From Actinomycetota bacterium (lineage in GTDB: Bacteria > Actinomycetota > Actinomycetes > Actinomycetales > Microbacteriaceae): a stretch of 64,000 nucleotides of DNA. This document shows, piece after piece, positions 54,619-64,000 of this stretch. The translations under genes and the position numbers were made by a program. The first letter of the stretch is position 1; every line of letters begins with the position of its first letter. The notes below the pieces were generated by a model. It did not search any database, was not told the origin of the DNA, and was given only the letters and a program-made list of their open reading frames with translations. Where the stretch lies: NCBI GenBank assembly GCA_029865895.1, contig JARXAN010000032.1:11396-75395 (forward strand), written 5' to 3'.

Positions 54619-55593
54619 CTATTGGCGGTTAGCAGCAACCTTGTCAGATGCGGTCTTCAGCTTTTCCTCGTTCTCACGCAGGTGCACATAAACCGGAGCC
54701 GCAAGGAAGATCGAAGAGTAGGTTCCAACAATCGTTCCTACGAACAAAGCAAGCGAAATGTCTCGCAAAGTTCCAGCACCTAGCAGTGTCGCGCCCACGA
54801 AAAGAATCGAAGCAACAGGCAAAACTGCGACGATGGAGGTGTTGATCGAGCGCACCAAGGTCTGGTTTACGGCAAGGTTGACCATTTCAGCAAAGGTGCG
54901 GGTCTCTGAGAACTCGACGTCTAGGGTGTTTTCGCGAACCTTGTCGAAGACCACCACTGTGTCATACAGCGAGTAGCTCAAGATGGTTAGGAATCCAATG
55001 ACCGCTGCAGGTGTGATTTCAAAGCCAACGGCAGCATAAACACCGATGGTCAGGATCAAGTCGTGAGCCAGCGCGATCAAGGCAGACGCCGACATCTTCC
55101 AAGATCGGAAGTAGATGGCCATCAGGATCGATACCAGAACCAAGAACACCAACAGACCGGTGATTGCCTGACGAGTCACATCAGCACCCCAGTTCGGTCC
55201 AATGAAGCTGGATGCCACAGCTGAGTCCTCAACCTGGTATGCCTCGGCAAGCGCTAGGCGCGCTGCTTCGGACTCAACGTCTGCAAGCTGCTCAGTTTGG
55301 ATGCGAATGTCCGAAAGGCCGACCTCGGTAACAACTACCTCGACCTCAGGAACAACGGTGTGGATCGCCTGCTCAGCCAGCTCCAGCGGCAACTCTTGCG
55401 AGTTGGTCAAGCGGAATTCGCTACCACCGCGGAACTCGATACCAAAGTTGAATCCACCACGAACGATAGGTAGCAGAACCGAAAGGATCACGAGCACCGC
55501 ACCGATGGTGTACCAGATCTTACGGCGACCTACGAAGTCAAAGGAACGCTCTCCCGAGTAGAGCTCATTACCAATCTGCTTGAAACTAGTCAT
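54619..55593 (-). CDS. secF: Protein translocase subunit SecF
   Basis: GIEFRGG, YSLYDTVVVFDKVRE, RSINTS; start ATG 55593. Confidence 0.96.
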   Translation of the reverse strand: MTSFKQIGNELYSGERSFDFVGRRKIWYTIGAVLVILSVLLPIVRGGFNFGIEFRGGSEFRLTNSQELPLELAEQAIHTVVPEVEVVVTEVGLSDIRIQTEQLADVESEAARLALAEAYQVEDSAVASSFIGPNWGADVTRQAITGLLVFLVLVSILMAIYFRSWKMSASALIALAHDLILTIGVYAAVGFEITPAAVIGFLTILSYSLYDTVVVFDKVRENTLDVEFSETRTFAEMVNLAVNQTLVRSINTSIVAVLPVASILFVGATLLGAGTLRDISLALFVGTIVGTYSSIFLAAPVYVHLRENEEKLKTASDKVAANRQ

Positions 55594-57259
55594 TAGCAGT
55601 CTCCTTTGCCTTACGTTCTGCAATTGTCTGGCGCTTCTTGGCTTCCTTGGAGGCCTTCTCAGCCTTGCCCTCGGCTAGCTCGGCACTGACCCTGAATTGA
55701 GCGCGGCCCAAGTAGGCAGCCTTCGATGCAGAGAGATCAAAACCGGACCACTTGTGGCCAGATGCGAAGAACTTGTTGCGAGCCAGAAGCTGCAGCATTG
55801 GGTGGGTGAACAGCGCCACAACCAAAAGGTCGATGATCGTCGTCAGACCCAAGGTGAATGCGAATCCTCGCACCGAGGAGCTGGTTAGCAAGTAGAGAAC
55901 TACCGCTGCGGTAAGGCTTACTGCGTCCGAAACCAAAATGGTCCTTAGCGCTCGCTTCCAACCTGCCTCGACTGCAACCTCGAGAGTCTTGCCCTCACGA
56001 AGCTCGTCTCGAACACGTTCAAAGTAAACAATGAAGGAGTCTGCCGTAATACCGATCGCCACGATCAAGCCCGCGACACCAGCGAGCGAAAGTCTGTAAC
56101 CCTGTCTCCAGCTCAGGAATGCGACCGCTAGGTAGACAAGCAGCGCAACAACAATCAAGGATCCAAGAACAACTGAGGCCAAACCGCGGTAGGTGAAGGT
56201 CATGTAGACCACCACGACAATCAAACCGATAAGTCCAGCAATCAAACCTGCGGTCAGTGAGTCCTCACCCAAGGTTGCAGAAACGTTCTCCTGAGATTGG
56301 ACCTCAAAGCCGATTGGCAGCGCACCGTACTTCAGCTGGTCAGCCAAGACAGTTGCGGTCTCCTGAGTAAATGATCCGGTGATCTGCGCCTGGCCATTGG
56401 TGATAACAGCGTTGGTTGCCGGAGCGGTAATCACTAGCCCATCAAGGGTGATAGCGAACTGGTTCTGTGGTGATGGCGAGGTGAAAAGTCTCGAAGTTAC
56501 GGAACCGAATGCTGCTGTTCCCTCTGCGTCGAACTCTAGGTTCACAGCCCAGTCGTTAGTGCTCGCACCAGTTTGGGTGGTTACCGTTCCTGAAGTTGCA
56601 TTTGCGATGTTTAGGCCGAAGACCTCTACTGGGCCAAGGATGTACTTGACCGCTCCGGTGTCATCACAGGTGACAAGTGGCTTGGCAGGATCGTCGACCT
56701 GCCCCGCGGTTCTAAAGCTCTGGGAGCAGTCCAGCGCTTCGAACTGTGCTTGGACGCGCTCGGTGACCCAGAGTGCGTCAGACGCGTTTGCCGGAGTCGC
56801 GCTTGGGGTGTCATTTAGCGCTGAGAAGTCGATAGTCGCAGACTCGGTTGATGGAGTGCTGGCGGCGAATGTGATCACCGGGCGGAACTCTAAAAGGGCT
56901 GATGCCTTGATCAACTGCAGAGTGGTCGCGTCTGGGGTTCCTGGAATAGAGACCAAGATGTTTTGCTCGCCCTGAATGCTGACCTGGGCTTCGCTAACAC
57001 CGGTGCCGTCGATTCGCTGGCGGATGATCTCTAGAGCCTGGTTAAGCTGCTCCTCATCGACGGTCTCGCCGTCGGCAAGGGTTGGGGTCAGGATGATTGA
57101 GGTTCCACCCTGTAAGTCAAGTGCTAGCTCAGGTGTGTAGCTGGCGCCCGGCTGTCCGCTGGCAACGCCCCAGACAATTAGACCGGCGAAGAAGGCCGCA
57201 ATGCCTCCAATCCAACCAAGTTTGCGCTTGGCGGACTGTGTGGTGGTGTTTTCAGCCAT
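55586..57259 (-). CDS. secD: Protein translocase subunit SecD
   Basis: LDLQGG, LKYGALP, IGITADSFIVYFER, VRGFA. Confidence 0.96.
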   Translation of the reverse strand: MAENTTTQSAKRKLGWIGGIAAFFAGLIVWGVASGQPGASYTPELALDLQGGTSIILTPTLADGETVDEEQLNQALEIIRQRIDGTGVSEAQVSIQGEQNILVSIPGTPDATTLQLIKASALLEFRPVITFAASTPSTESATIDFSALNDTPSATPANASDALWVTERVQAQFEALDCSQSFRTAGQVDDPAKPLVTCDDTGAVKYILGPVEVFGLNIANATSGTVTTQTGASTNDWAVNLEFDAEGTAAFGSVTSRLFTSPSPQNQFAITLDGLVITAPATNAVITNGQAQITGSFTQETATVLADQLKYGALPIGFEVQSQENVSATLGEDSLTAGLIAGLIGLIVVVVYMTFTYRGLASVVLGSLIVVALLVYLAVAFLSWRQGYRLSLAGVAGLIVAIGITADSFIVYFERVRDELREGKTLEVAVEAGWKRALRTILVSDAVSLTAAVVLYLLTSSSVRGFAFTLGLTTIIDLLVVALFTHPMLQLLARNKFFASGHKWSGFDLSASKAAYLGRAQFRVSAELAEGKAEKASKEAKKRQTIAERKAKETAND

Positions 57260-57261
57260 GA

Positions 57262-57522
57262 CTACTTTGCTTCTGTTACGGCTGGAGCAATGGCGCGAAC
57301 TGCGCCCTTGACGACCAGCAACTTGGTCTTTGGAGTTGATTCAATAACGATGTCCTCGCCATTGATCTCAATAACGGTGCCCTTGATGCCGGAGTGCAGG
57401 ATTACATTTGCGCCCACGGCCAGCGAGGAGAGCAGGTTCTCTGCATCCTTCTTGCGGCGGCGGTTCTGTTGCACCAATAGCAAAATCATTACGGCGAGCA
57501 CGCCAAGCAGAATGTAATCCAA
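57262..57522 (-). CDS. yajC: Preprotein translocase subunit YajC
   Basis: TM plus RRRKK, SGIKGTV; precedes secD. Confidence 0.9.
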   Translation of the reverse strand: MDYILLGVLAVMILLLVQQNRRRKKDAENLLSSLAVGANVILHSGIKGTVIEINGEDIVIESTPKTKLLVVKGAVRAIAPAVTEAK

Positions 57523-57552
57523 GGTTTTTCCTTACCGAACAGGTCCTCCGAA

Positions 57553-57558
57553 ATTATA
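57553..57558 (-). promoter_or_regulatory. Putative -10 box TATAAT for yajC-secD-secF
   Basis: Consensus hexamer 30 nt before the yajC TTG, with an AAGGA SD in between. Confidence 0.6.
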
Positions 57559-57580
57559 GGCGGTCTAGACCGATTTCGCT

Positions 57581-58552
57581 TTAGTTGGAACTGATGTGCA
57601 GTATTCCGCTCTGGGTGATTTCACGGCCTCTAGGAGTGCGCTGAATGTATCCAATGCGGATTAGATAGGGCTCGATAACCGCCTCGATGGTGTCGGGCTC
57701 TTCGCCAATGGCAACAGCGAGGGTGCTCAAGCCAACTGGCTTCGCCGCGAACTGAGTCGCAAGCAGTTTGAGTATCTGCCTGTCCACCCGGTCAAGACCC
57801 TGGTCATCAATCTCAAACAGCGACATCGCGCCGGCAACTGAAGCTATGTCAACCTCAGAGTGTCCGTTCACTGCTGCAAAATCGCGAACCCTTCGAAGTA
57901 GACGGTTAGCAATGCGAGGTGTCCCTCTAGATCGCTTGGCTAATGCTTCGATGGCATCTTCCGTGAGAGAGATACCTAATCGGTCTGCAGAGCGGGAAAT
58001 AACGCCTGCCAATTCCGATGGGTCGTAGAACTCTAGAAATGCGGTGAATCCGAACCTGTCCCTCAGGGGCGTTGGTAACATTCCGCTTCGAGTAGTTGCC
58101 CCAACCAGGGTGAAAGGCGAGATGTCAAGAGAGATTGAGGTTGCACCCGGCCCCTTCCCCACCATGACATCCACTCGGAAATCCTCCATGGCCAAATAAA
58201 GCATTTCCTCAGCGCTTCTGGACATGCGGTGGATCTCGTCAATGAAAAGCACATCCCCTGCTTCCAAAGCGGAGAGCATCGAGGCGAGATCGCCAGATGA
58301 TTGAATCGCAGGACCAGAGGTGAGTCTGAGTGTTCGATTGGATTCCTGAGCGACGATCATTGCCAGGGTGGTCTTCCCCAACCCTGGAGGTCCAGCCAAC
58401 AGAATGTGATCTGGAGTTCTGTTGTGCATTTTGGCAGCAGATATCAACAGCTCAATCTGGCTTACGACCTTCTTCTGCCCAACAAACTCACTCAGATTCG
58501 AAGGCCTGAGCGTCTGCTCGACCTCTCTCTCGTCTGGAGTTGGGTCGATCAT
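57581..58552 (-). CDS. ruvB: Holliday junction helicase RuvB
   Basis: [34 protein letters not shown]. Confidence 0.98.
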   Translation of the reverse strand: MIDPTPDEREVEQTLRPSNLSEFVGQKKVVSQIELLISAAKMHNRTPDHILLAGPPGLGKTTLAMIVAQESNRTLRLTSGPAIQSSGDLASMLSALEAGDVLFIDEIHRMSRSAEEMLYLAMEDFRVDVMVGKGPGATSISLDISPFTLVGATTRSGMLPTPLRDRFGFTAFLEFYDPSELAGVISRSADRLGISLTEDAIEALAKRSRGTPRIANRLLRRVRDFAAVNGHSEVDIASVAGAMSLFEIDDQGLDRVDRQILKLLATQFAAKPVGLSTLAVAIGEEPDTIEAVIEPYLIRIGYIQRTPRGREITQSGILHISSN

Positions 58553-59115
58553 CGCTCCACCAACTTCGACTTGCCTAGAAGCGCAAGTGCCTGCTTCAGC
58601 GCGGCCGAGTTGTCCAAGTCCTGGGGCAGCTGAGTCAGGATCTCTCTAGCTAGAGCTTCGTCTGTACCGAGCTGTAGAAGTGCCTCTAGAACCTTGGAGC
58701 GAGGTGAGGAGCTGGAGAGTCCGACCTTGTTAGCAAGCGAAATAACAATCAACTTTGCGGTCTTTGGTCCAATGCCGGAAATCGCTCTGAAAGCAGCGTC
58801 ATCTTGACTGTTCACAGAGTTAGTGATTTGCTGCGCATCCATTCCGCTCAGCACGGTCATGGCTAACTTTGGGCCAATGCCGCTGACAGAACAAAGCAGA
58901 TCGAAAGCCTCCTGTTCAGCTTCATTCTCAAAACCGAACAGTGAAAGGTCATCCTCACGCACCACGAGCCTGGTTACCAGTTCGAGTTCCTGGTCGAGCT
59001 TTAGTTTCAGCGAGAACCGAGGCGTGATTGCAGCCCGAAATCCAACGCCACCAACCATCAGCGTCAGAGAGTCGGTTGCCAGTCTTGCGACCTTGCCGGA
59101 GAGGAGTTCAATCAC
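58549..59115 (-). CDS. ruvA: Holliday junction branch migration protein RuvA
   Basis: [16 protein letters not shown], two HhH motifs (SGIGPK). Confidence 0.96.
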   Translation of the reverse strand: MIELLSGKVARLATDSLTLMVGGVGFRAAITPRFSLKLKLDQELELVTRLVVREDDLSLFGFENEAEQEAFDLLCSVSGIGPKLAMTVLSGMDAQQITNSVNSQDDAAFRAISGIGPKTAKLIVISLANKVGLSSSSPRSKVLEALLQLGTDEALAREILTQLPQDLDNSAALKQALALLGKSKLVER

Positions 59116-59119
59116 ATGC

Positions 59120-59653
59120 CTAACCTAGTCGGCGGGACGCCTTTTTTGCCGCTGCGACCCACTGCTGCTGTGCAGAAGTGCCGACATTCACACCTCGTTT
59201 AGAAGCGCAGAGTGCCACGGCTAGAGCGTCAGCCACGTCAGCAGGTTTTGGTGTGTGCTCCAAATTCAGCATCCTGGTCACCATCAGTGCAACCTGGTCT
59301 TTGGTGGCTCGACCATTACCCGTGACGGCGGCTTTGACCTCGCTCGGGGTGAAGAACTGCAGCGGAATGTTTGCTTCGTAGGCGATTGACATCAGCGCAC
59401 CAGATACCTGAGCGACACCCATCACCGAGCGCAGATTCGCCTGGGCAAAAACACGCTCCAGTGCAATCATTTCGGGCTTGTGTTCCAGAACCAACTTCTT
59501 GAGCTCTTGGGCTATCGCCCCGACACGATCTCTGGGGTCGGAGTTTGGTTGTGACTGGAACATCCCAAAGGCCAGGGCTTCGGTCTTGGTTGTGTTGATA
59601 ACCCCAAAGCCACAGCGGGTGAGGCCGGGGTCAACACCAAGAATGATTGCCAT
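59120..59653 (-). CDS. ruvC: Crossover junction endodeoxyribonuclease RuvC
   Basis: ILGVDPG, ALERVF, KAAVTGNGRATK, DVADALA. Confidence 0.97.
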   Translation of the reverse strand: MAIILGVDPGLTRCGFGVINTTKTEALAFGMFQSQPNSDPRDRVGAIAQELKKLVLEHKPEMIALERVFAQANLRSVMGVAQVSGALMSIAYEANIPLQFFTPSEVKAAVTGNGRATKDQVALMVTRMLNLEHTPKPADVADALAVALCASKRGVNVGTSAQQQWVAAAKKASRRLG

Positions 59654-60402
59654 TAGGCCTCGAGGCTAGCCAATACCTCAGCGGAAATGTCCATGTTGGT
59701 GAAGACGCTCTGAACATCGTCAAGGTCTTCAATAGCGTCGATCATCTTGATGACCTTGTTCGCGGTCTCCGCGTCTGCCTGGATCTTCATGGAGGAAACA
59801 AACTCAACATCTGCAGACTCATAGTCGATGCCGTTAGCCTGCAAAGCCGCTCGCGCCTGAACCATGGAAGACGGGTCGCAGGTCAACACGAAGCCCTCAC
59901 CGTTTGACGAGATGTCCTCGACATCGTGCTCAATAGTTGCCTCAAGGATCGCGTCCTCGTTGGCGCCGTCAACAACGACGATGACGCCCTTGCGGGCAAA
60001 TTGATATGAAACCGACCCTGGGTCCGCCATGGTGCCGCCGTTTTTAGTGACAGCGGTTCTGACTTCTGCAGCTGAGCGGTTCTTGTTGTCGGTGAGGCAT
60101 TCGATCAGGATTGCTATCCCATTTGGACCGTAGCCCTCGTACATGATGCTGGTGTAATCCGCAGCATCTCCCAGTGCACCAGAGCCACGCTTGATTGCAC
60201 GCTCGATGTTGTCGTTGGGAACGGAGTTTTTTCTAGCCTTGTAGACAGCGTCGTAAAGAGTTGGGTTGCCATCGAGGTCTGCGCCACCGGTTCTAGTCGC
60301 GACCTCGATGTTGCGAATCAGTTTGGCCCACAACTTGGCGCGCTTTGAATCGTTAGCTGCCTTCTTGTGCTTGGTGGTTGCCCACTTGGAATGGCCTGAC
60401 AT
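59653..60402 (-). CDS. yebC: YebC/PmpR family protein
   Basis: MSGHSKW, YEGYGP, LTDNKNR, DDVQSV. Confidence 0.96.
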   Translation of the reverse strand: MSGHSKWATTKHKKAANDSKRAKLWAKLIRNIEVATRTGGADLDGNPTLYDAVYKARKNSVPNDNIERAIKRGSGALGDAADYTSIMYEGYGPNGIAILIECLTDNKNRSAAEVRTAVTKNGGTMADPGSVSYQFARKGVIVVVDGANEDAILEATIEHDVEDISSNGEGFVLTCDPSSMVQARAALQANGIDYESADVEFVSSMKIQADAETANKVIKMIDAIEDLDDVQSVFTNMDISAEVLASLEA

Positions 60403-60415
60403 TGTTACCTTCTTC

Positions 60416-60973
60416 TTAGCTAATACTCTCTAAGAAAAGCGAGTGAAGCTTTGTGCCACCGGTGATCTCCGGGTGAAAGCTGGCCCCAAGCAAGTTTCCC
60501 TGTCGAACCGCAACCGGTTCCCCATCCAAGGTTGCAATCACTTCTGCTTTTCCTACCGCCAAAATTCTAGGGGCTCTAATGAAGGCCACTCGCTCTATTT
60601 GACCAGCGATCTCGACGTCGGCTTCGAAGCTGTAGGTTTGTCCGCCGTAGGCATTCCTCGAGGAGGTGATGTCCAATCCCCCAACGAACTCCTGGCCCGC
60701 TACCGCACCTTCTACTTTGTCGGAAAGCATGATCAGACCTGCACATGTGCCAAGGGTTGGCTTGTGATTCACAAACTCACGCAGCGCTGGAAAAAGACCA
60801 AAACTCTTCGCAAGATTCGACATTGTGGTGGATTCCCCACCTGGAATTACTAGCGCCTGAACCTGGGACAGCTCTGATTCTCGCCTGATGGGGAGGACAT
60901 CAGCTCCGAGTGACTCGAGCAAGAGCTTGTGCTCACGCCAATCACCCTGCAGCGCTAATACGCCAACTAACAA
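60416..60973 (-). CDS. pdxT: PLP synthase glutaminase subunit
   Basis: GVLALQG, PGGEST, GTCAG, FIRAP, FHPE. Confidence 0.96.
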   Translation of the reverse strand: MLVGVLALQGDWREHKLLLESLGADVLPIRRESELSQVQALVIPGGESTTMSNLAKSFGLFPALREFVNHKPTLGTCAGLIMLSDKVEGAVAGQEFVGGLDITSSRNAYGGQTYSFEADVEIAGQIERVAFIRAPRILAVGKAEVIATLDGEPVAVRQGNLLGASFHPEITGGTKLHSLFLESIS

Positions 60974-61864
60974 CTACCAACCACGCTCGCTCAGGCGGTG
61001 TGGAGCTGGCAGGTCGTTCACGTTAATGCCAACCATCGCCTCACCTAGGCCACGGCTAACTTCGGCAATAACCTTTGGGTCGTCGTAGAAGGTTGTTGCC
61101 TTCACAATTGCTGCTGCACGTGCGGCTGGATTTCCACTCTTGAAGATTCCAGAGCCAACAAACACGCCGTCTGCGCCAAGCTGCATCATCATCGCGGCAT
61201 CCGCTGGGGTTGCAACTCCACCGGCAACAAACAGAACGACTGGCAGCTTGCCGTCGCGCGCAACCTTCTTTACCAGCTGGTAAGGCGCTTGCAGCTCCTT
61301 GGCAGCAACGTAAAGCTCGTCGTCGGTCTTGGCGGCTAGCGCGCGAACCTCAGAGAGAATGGTGCGGATGTGCTTGGTTGCTTCGGAAACGTCTCCGGTA
61401 CCAGCCTCACCCTTCGAACGAATCATGGATGCACCCTCGGTGATTCGGCGAAGTGCCTCACCTAGGTTGGTTGCACCACAGACGAATGGAGTCTTGAAGC
61501 CCCACTTGTCGATGTGGTTTACATAGTCGGCTGGGCTTAGCACCTCGGACTCGTCGATGTAGTCGACCTCAAGAGACTCAAGAACTTGGGCCTCAACAAA
61601 GTGACCAATGCGAGCCTTTGCCATGACTGGGATCGAAACGGTCTTGATGATCTGGTCAATTAGGTCTGGGTCGCTCATACGTGCGACTCCGCCCTGGGCG
61701 CGAATGTCGGCTGGGACGCGCTCCAACGCCATAACGGCAACCGCTCCAGCATCCTCAGCAATCTTTGCCTGCTCTGCGGTGACGACGTCCATGATGACGC
61801 CTCCCTTGAGCATCTCTGCTAGGCCGCTTTTTACCAATGGGGTTGCGTTTGAGTTCTCTGACAT
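60974..61864 (-). CDS. pdxS: PLP synthase lyase subunit
   Basis: [32 protein letters not shown]; start ATG 61864 (MSENSN). Confidence 0.97.
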   Translation of the reverse strand: MSENSNATPLVKSGLAEMLKGGVIMDVVTAEQAKIAEDAGAVAVMALERVPADIRAQGGVARMSDPDLIDQIIKTVSIPVMAKARIGHFVEAQVLESLEVDYIDESEVLSPADYVNHIDKWGFKTPFVCGATNLGEALRRITEGASMIRSKGEAGTGDVSEATKHIRTILSEVRALAAKTDDELYVAAKELQAPYQLVKKVARDGKLPVVLFVAGGVATPADAAMMMQLGADGVFVGSGIFKSGNPAARAAAIVKATTFYDDPKVIAEVSRGLGEAMVGINVNDLPAPHRLSERGW

Positions 61865-61874
61865 GGGGTTAATC

Positions 61875-62408
61875 CTATTTATCGTTTGACCAGTTGTTTG
61901 CAATTGTTTCTCTAACATCACTTAGCAACCGCGGCATGGCCTTGGTTTTAGCGATGATCGGGAAAAAGTTTGAGTCGTGACTCCAGCGAGGAACTACGTG
62001 TTGGTGGAGGTGGCCCGCAATGCCGGCACCCGCAACTTCACCTTGGTTCATCCCGATGTTAAACCCGTGAGTCCCAGAAACCTTCCTTAGAGTTCGCATT
62101 GCCTGTTGCGTCAGCAATCCAATCTCGGCGATTTCAGCGTCAGTTGCCTTGTCATACGCGTCGACGTGACGGTATGGGCAGACCAAAAGGTGCCCTGCGT
62201 TGTAGGGAAAAAGGTTCAGCAGGACAAAGCAGGTGTCCCCGCGGTAGACGATCAAAGCCTCTTCGTCTGTCTTACCAGGACCTAGGCAAAACGGGCACTC
62301 GTCATCTGGCGGTTGCTGCCCGGTTTGTAGGTAAACCATGCGATGAGGGGTCCAAAGCCGCTGGAATTCATCCTCCATGCCGGCCATAGATTCTAGAAAG
62401 TCGCTCAT
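61875..62408 (-). CDS. HIT family protein (Rv2613c-like Ap4A phosphorylase type)
   Basis: [30 protein letters not shown]; follows thrS. Confidence 0.92.
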   Translation of the reverse strand: MSDFLESMAGMEDEFQRLWTPHRMVYLQTGQQPPDDECPFCLGPGKTDEEALIVYRGDTCFVLLNLFPYNAGHLLVCPYRHVDAYDKATDAEIAEIGLLTQQAMRTLRKVSGTHGFNIGMNQGEVAGAGIAGHLHQHVVPRWSHDSNFFPIIAKTKAMPRLLSDVRETIANNWSNDK

Positions 62409-64000
62409 TAGACCTGGGTCTTTGACTCGATGGCGTTGAGAATCAACTCGAAAGCCTGCTGCTTGGTGAGGTCATTCTCCTGTGAGCCATCGCGATATCG
62501 GAAGCTGAAAGTTCCGTTTTCGACGTCTCTACCGCCGGCTAGCAAGATGAATGGCACCTTGGCCAGGGTGTGATCGCGAATTTTCTTTTGCATGCGGTTG
62601 TCTGAGCGGTCAACTTCCGCCCTAACACCCTTGGCTCTAAGTTCCTGCACGAAGTCCTCGAGATAATCCGCGAACTCATCTGCGACTGGCACTCCAACCA
62701 CCTGCACCGGAGCAAGCCATGGCGGGAAGTGACCGGCATAGTGCTCAGTCAGCACGCCGAAGAATCGCTCAATTGAGCCAAACAGAGCGCGGTGGATCAT
62801 GATCGGACGGTGACGCTCGCCGTCAGCCCCGACGTATTCGAGGTCGAATCGCTCGGGAAGGTTGAAATCGAGCTGAATGGTGGACATCTGCCAGGTTCTG
62901 CCGATCGCGTCCCTTGCCTGGACCGAGATCTTTGGACCGTAGAAGGCAGCGCCACCTGGATCTGGAACCAATGTCAATCCTGACTTCTGCGCTACCTGAG
63001 CCAAGGTGTCGGTTGCCCTGTCCCACAGTTCATCATTGCCAACGAACTTAGGGTTCTCTGGATCACGAGTGGAGAGTTCGAGGTAGAAATCGTTCAAACC
63101 GTAGTCACGCAACAGGCCAAGCACGAAGTCCAAGACCTTGGTCAGTTCGATCTCGAGCTGTTCATTGGTCACAAACAGGTGGGCGTCGTCTTGAGTCATT
63201 CCACGAACTCGAGTAAGTCCGTGCAGCACTCCAGACTTCTCGTATCGGTAGACAGATCCAAACTCAAACATCCGAAGTGGCAACTCGCGATAACTGCGCG
63301 AACGCGAACGGAAGATAAGAATGTGGAACGGGCAGTTCATTGGCTTCAGGTAGTAGTCCTGGCCCTGCTTGCGAAGCGCACCGTCCTCGCCATACTCGGC
63401 GTCTAGCTTCATCGCTGGGAACATGCCATCGGAATACCACTGCAGGTGTCCAGAAATCTCGAACAGATTGCCCTTGGTGATGTGTGGCGAGTATACGAAC
63501 TCGTAGCCAGCCTCTTCGTGGCGCTTTCGGCTGTAATCCTCCATCACTCTGCGAACGATGCCACCCTTCGGGTGGAATACCGCGAGTCCCGAACCGATTT
63601 CGTCAGGGAAGCTAAAGAGGTCTAACTCAACACCGAGCTTGCGATGATCACGACGGGCGGCTTCTTCCAAGCGCTCGAGGTGGGCATCGTGCTGCTCCTG
63701 AGTAGGCCAAGCGGTTCCGTAGATGCGCTGAAGTTGCTTGTTGTTCTCGTTACCTCGCCAGTAGGCGGCAGCCGAACGGGTGAGCGAGAATCCCTTGCCG
63801 ATGCCTCGGGTGTTAGGAAGGTGAGGTCCACGGCAAAGATCACGCCATGCGACAGTGCCATCCGGGTTTAGGTTCTCGTAAACCGATAGACCTCCGGCCC
63901 CTACCTCCGCTGAACCCTCGCCGACATCGGAGCTCTTTAGACCAATAAGTTCAAGCTTGTATGGCTCATTCTTCATGAGCTCTTTAGCCTCTTCATCGGA
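62408..64000 (-). CDS. thrS: Threonine--tRNA ligase (5' part outside window)
   Basis: [31 protein letters not shown]; frame is open to the window edge. Confidence 0.98.
   Translation of the reverse strand, partial: SDEEAKELMKNEPYKLELIGLKSSDVGEGSAEVGAGGLSVYENLNPDGTVAWRDLCRGPHLPNTRGIGKGFSLTRSAAAYWRGNENNKQLQRIYGTAWPTQEQHDAHLERLEEAARRDHRKLGVELDLFSFPDEIGSGLAVFHPKGGIVRRVMEDYSRKRHEEAGYEFVYSPHITKGNLFEISGHLQWYSDGMFPAMKLDAEYGEDGALRKQGQDYYLKPMNCPFHILIFRSRSRSYRELPLRMFEFGSVYRYEKSGVLHGLTRVRGMTQDDAHLFVTNEQLEIELTKVLDFVLGLLRDYGLNDFYLELSTRDPENPKFVGNDELWDRATDTLAQVAQKSGLTLVPDPGGAAFYGPKISVQARDAIGRTWQMSTIQLDFNLPERFDLEYVGADGERHRPIMIHRALFGSIERFFGVLTEHYAGHFPPWLAPVQVVGVPVADEFADYLEDFVQELRAKGVRAEVDRSDNRMQKKIRDHTLAKVPFILLAGGRDVENGTFSFRYRDGSQENDLTKQQAFELILNAIESKTQV

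Overview
A densely packed core-genome segment of a small, moderate-GC actinobacterium. Gene order and protein sequences fit a streamlined Microbacteriaceae such as the aquatic Aquiluna/Rhodoluna group (inference). It holds 63 CDS (uvrB and thrS are cut by the window edges), all but three on the minus strand, plus one tRNA-Leu(CAA). Contents: uvrB-coaE-rpsA-polA, PaaI thioesterase, ANTAR regulator, pyk-gltDB-lgt, a his/trp cluster, rpe-rsmB-fmt-priA-metK-coaBC-rpoZ-gmk, the pyr operon with a PyrR site, efp-nusB, aro genes, mltG-ruvX-alaS, rpsD, rarA, a cyclophilin and DUF349 pair, rel, secDF-yajC, ruvABC, yebC, pdxST, HIT and thrS. I see no mobile element, prophage, CRISPR or defence locus, and no clearly novel multi-gene system. 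The notable signals are small-scale: many apparent leaderless promoters, stop codons that appear to double as -10 boxes, a 7-bp two-way -10 element, TGA stops kept almost only in gene overlaps, structured leaders before rpsA, rpsD and gltB, and a DUF948 gene paired with a membrane-anchored protein carrying a histone-H1-like tail.
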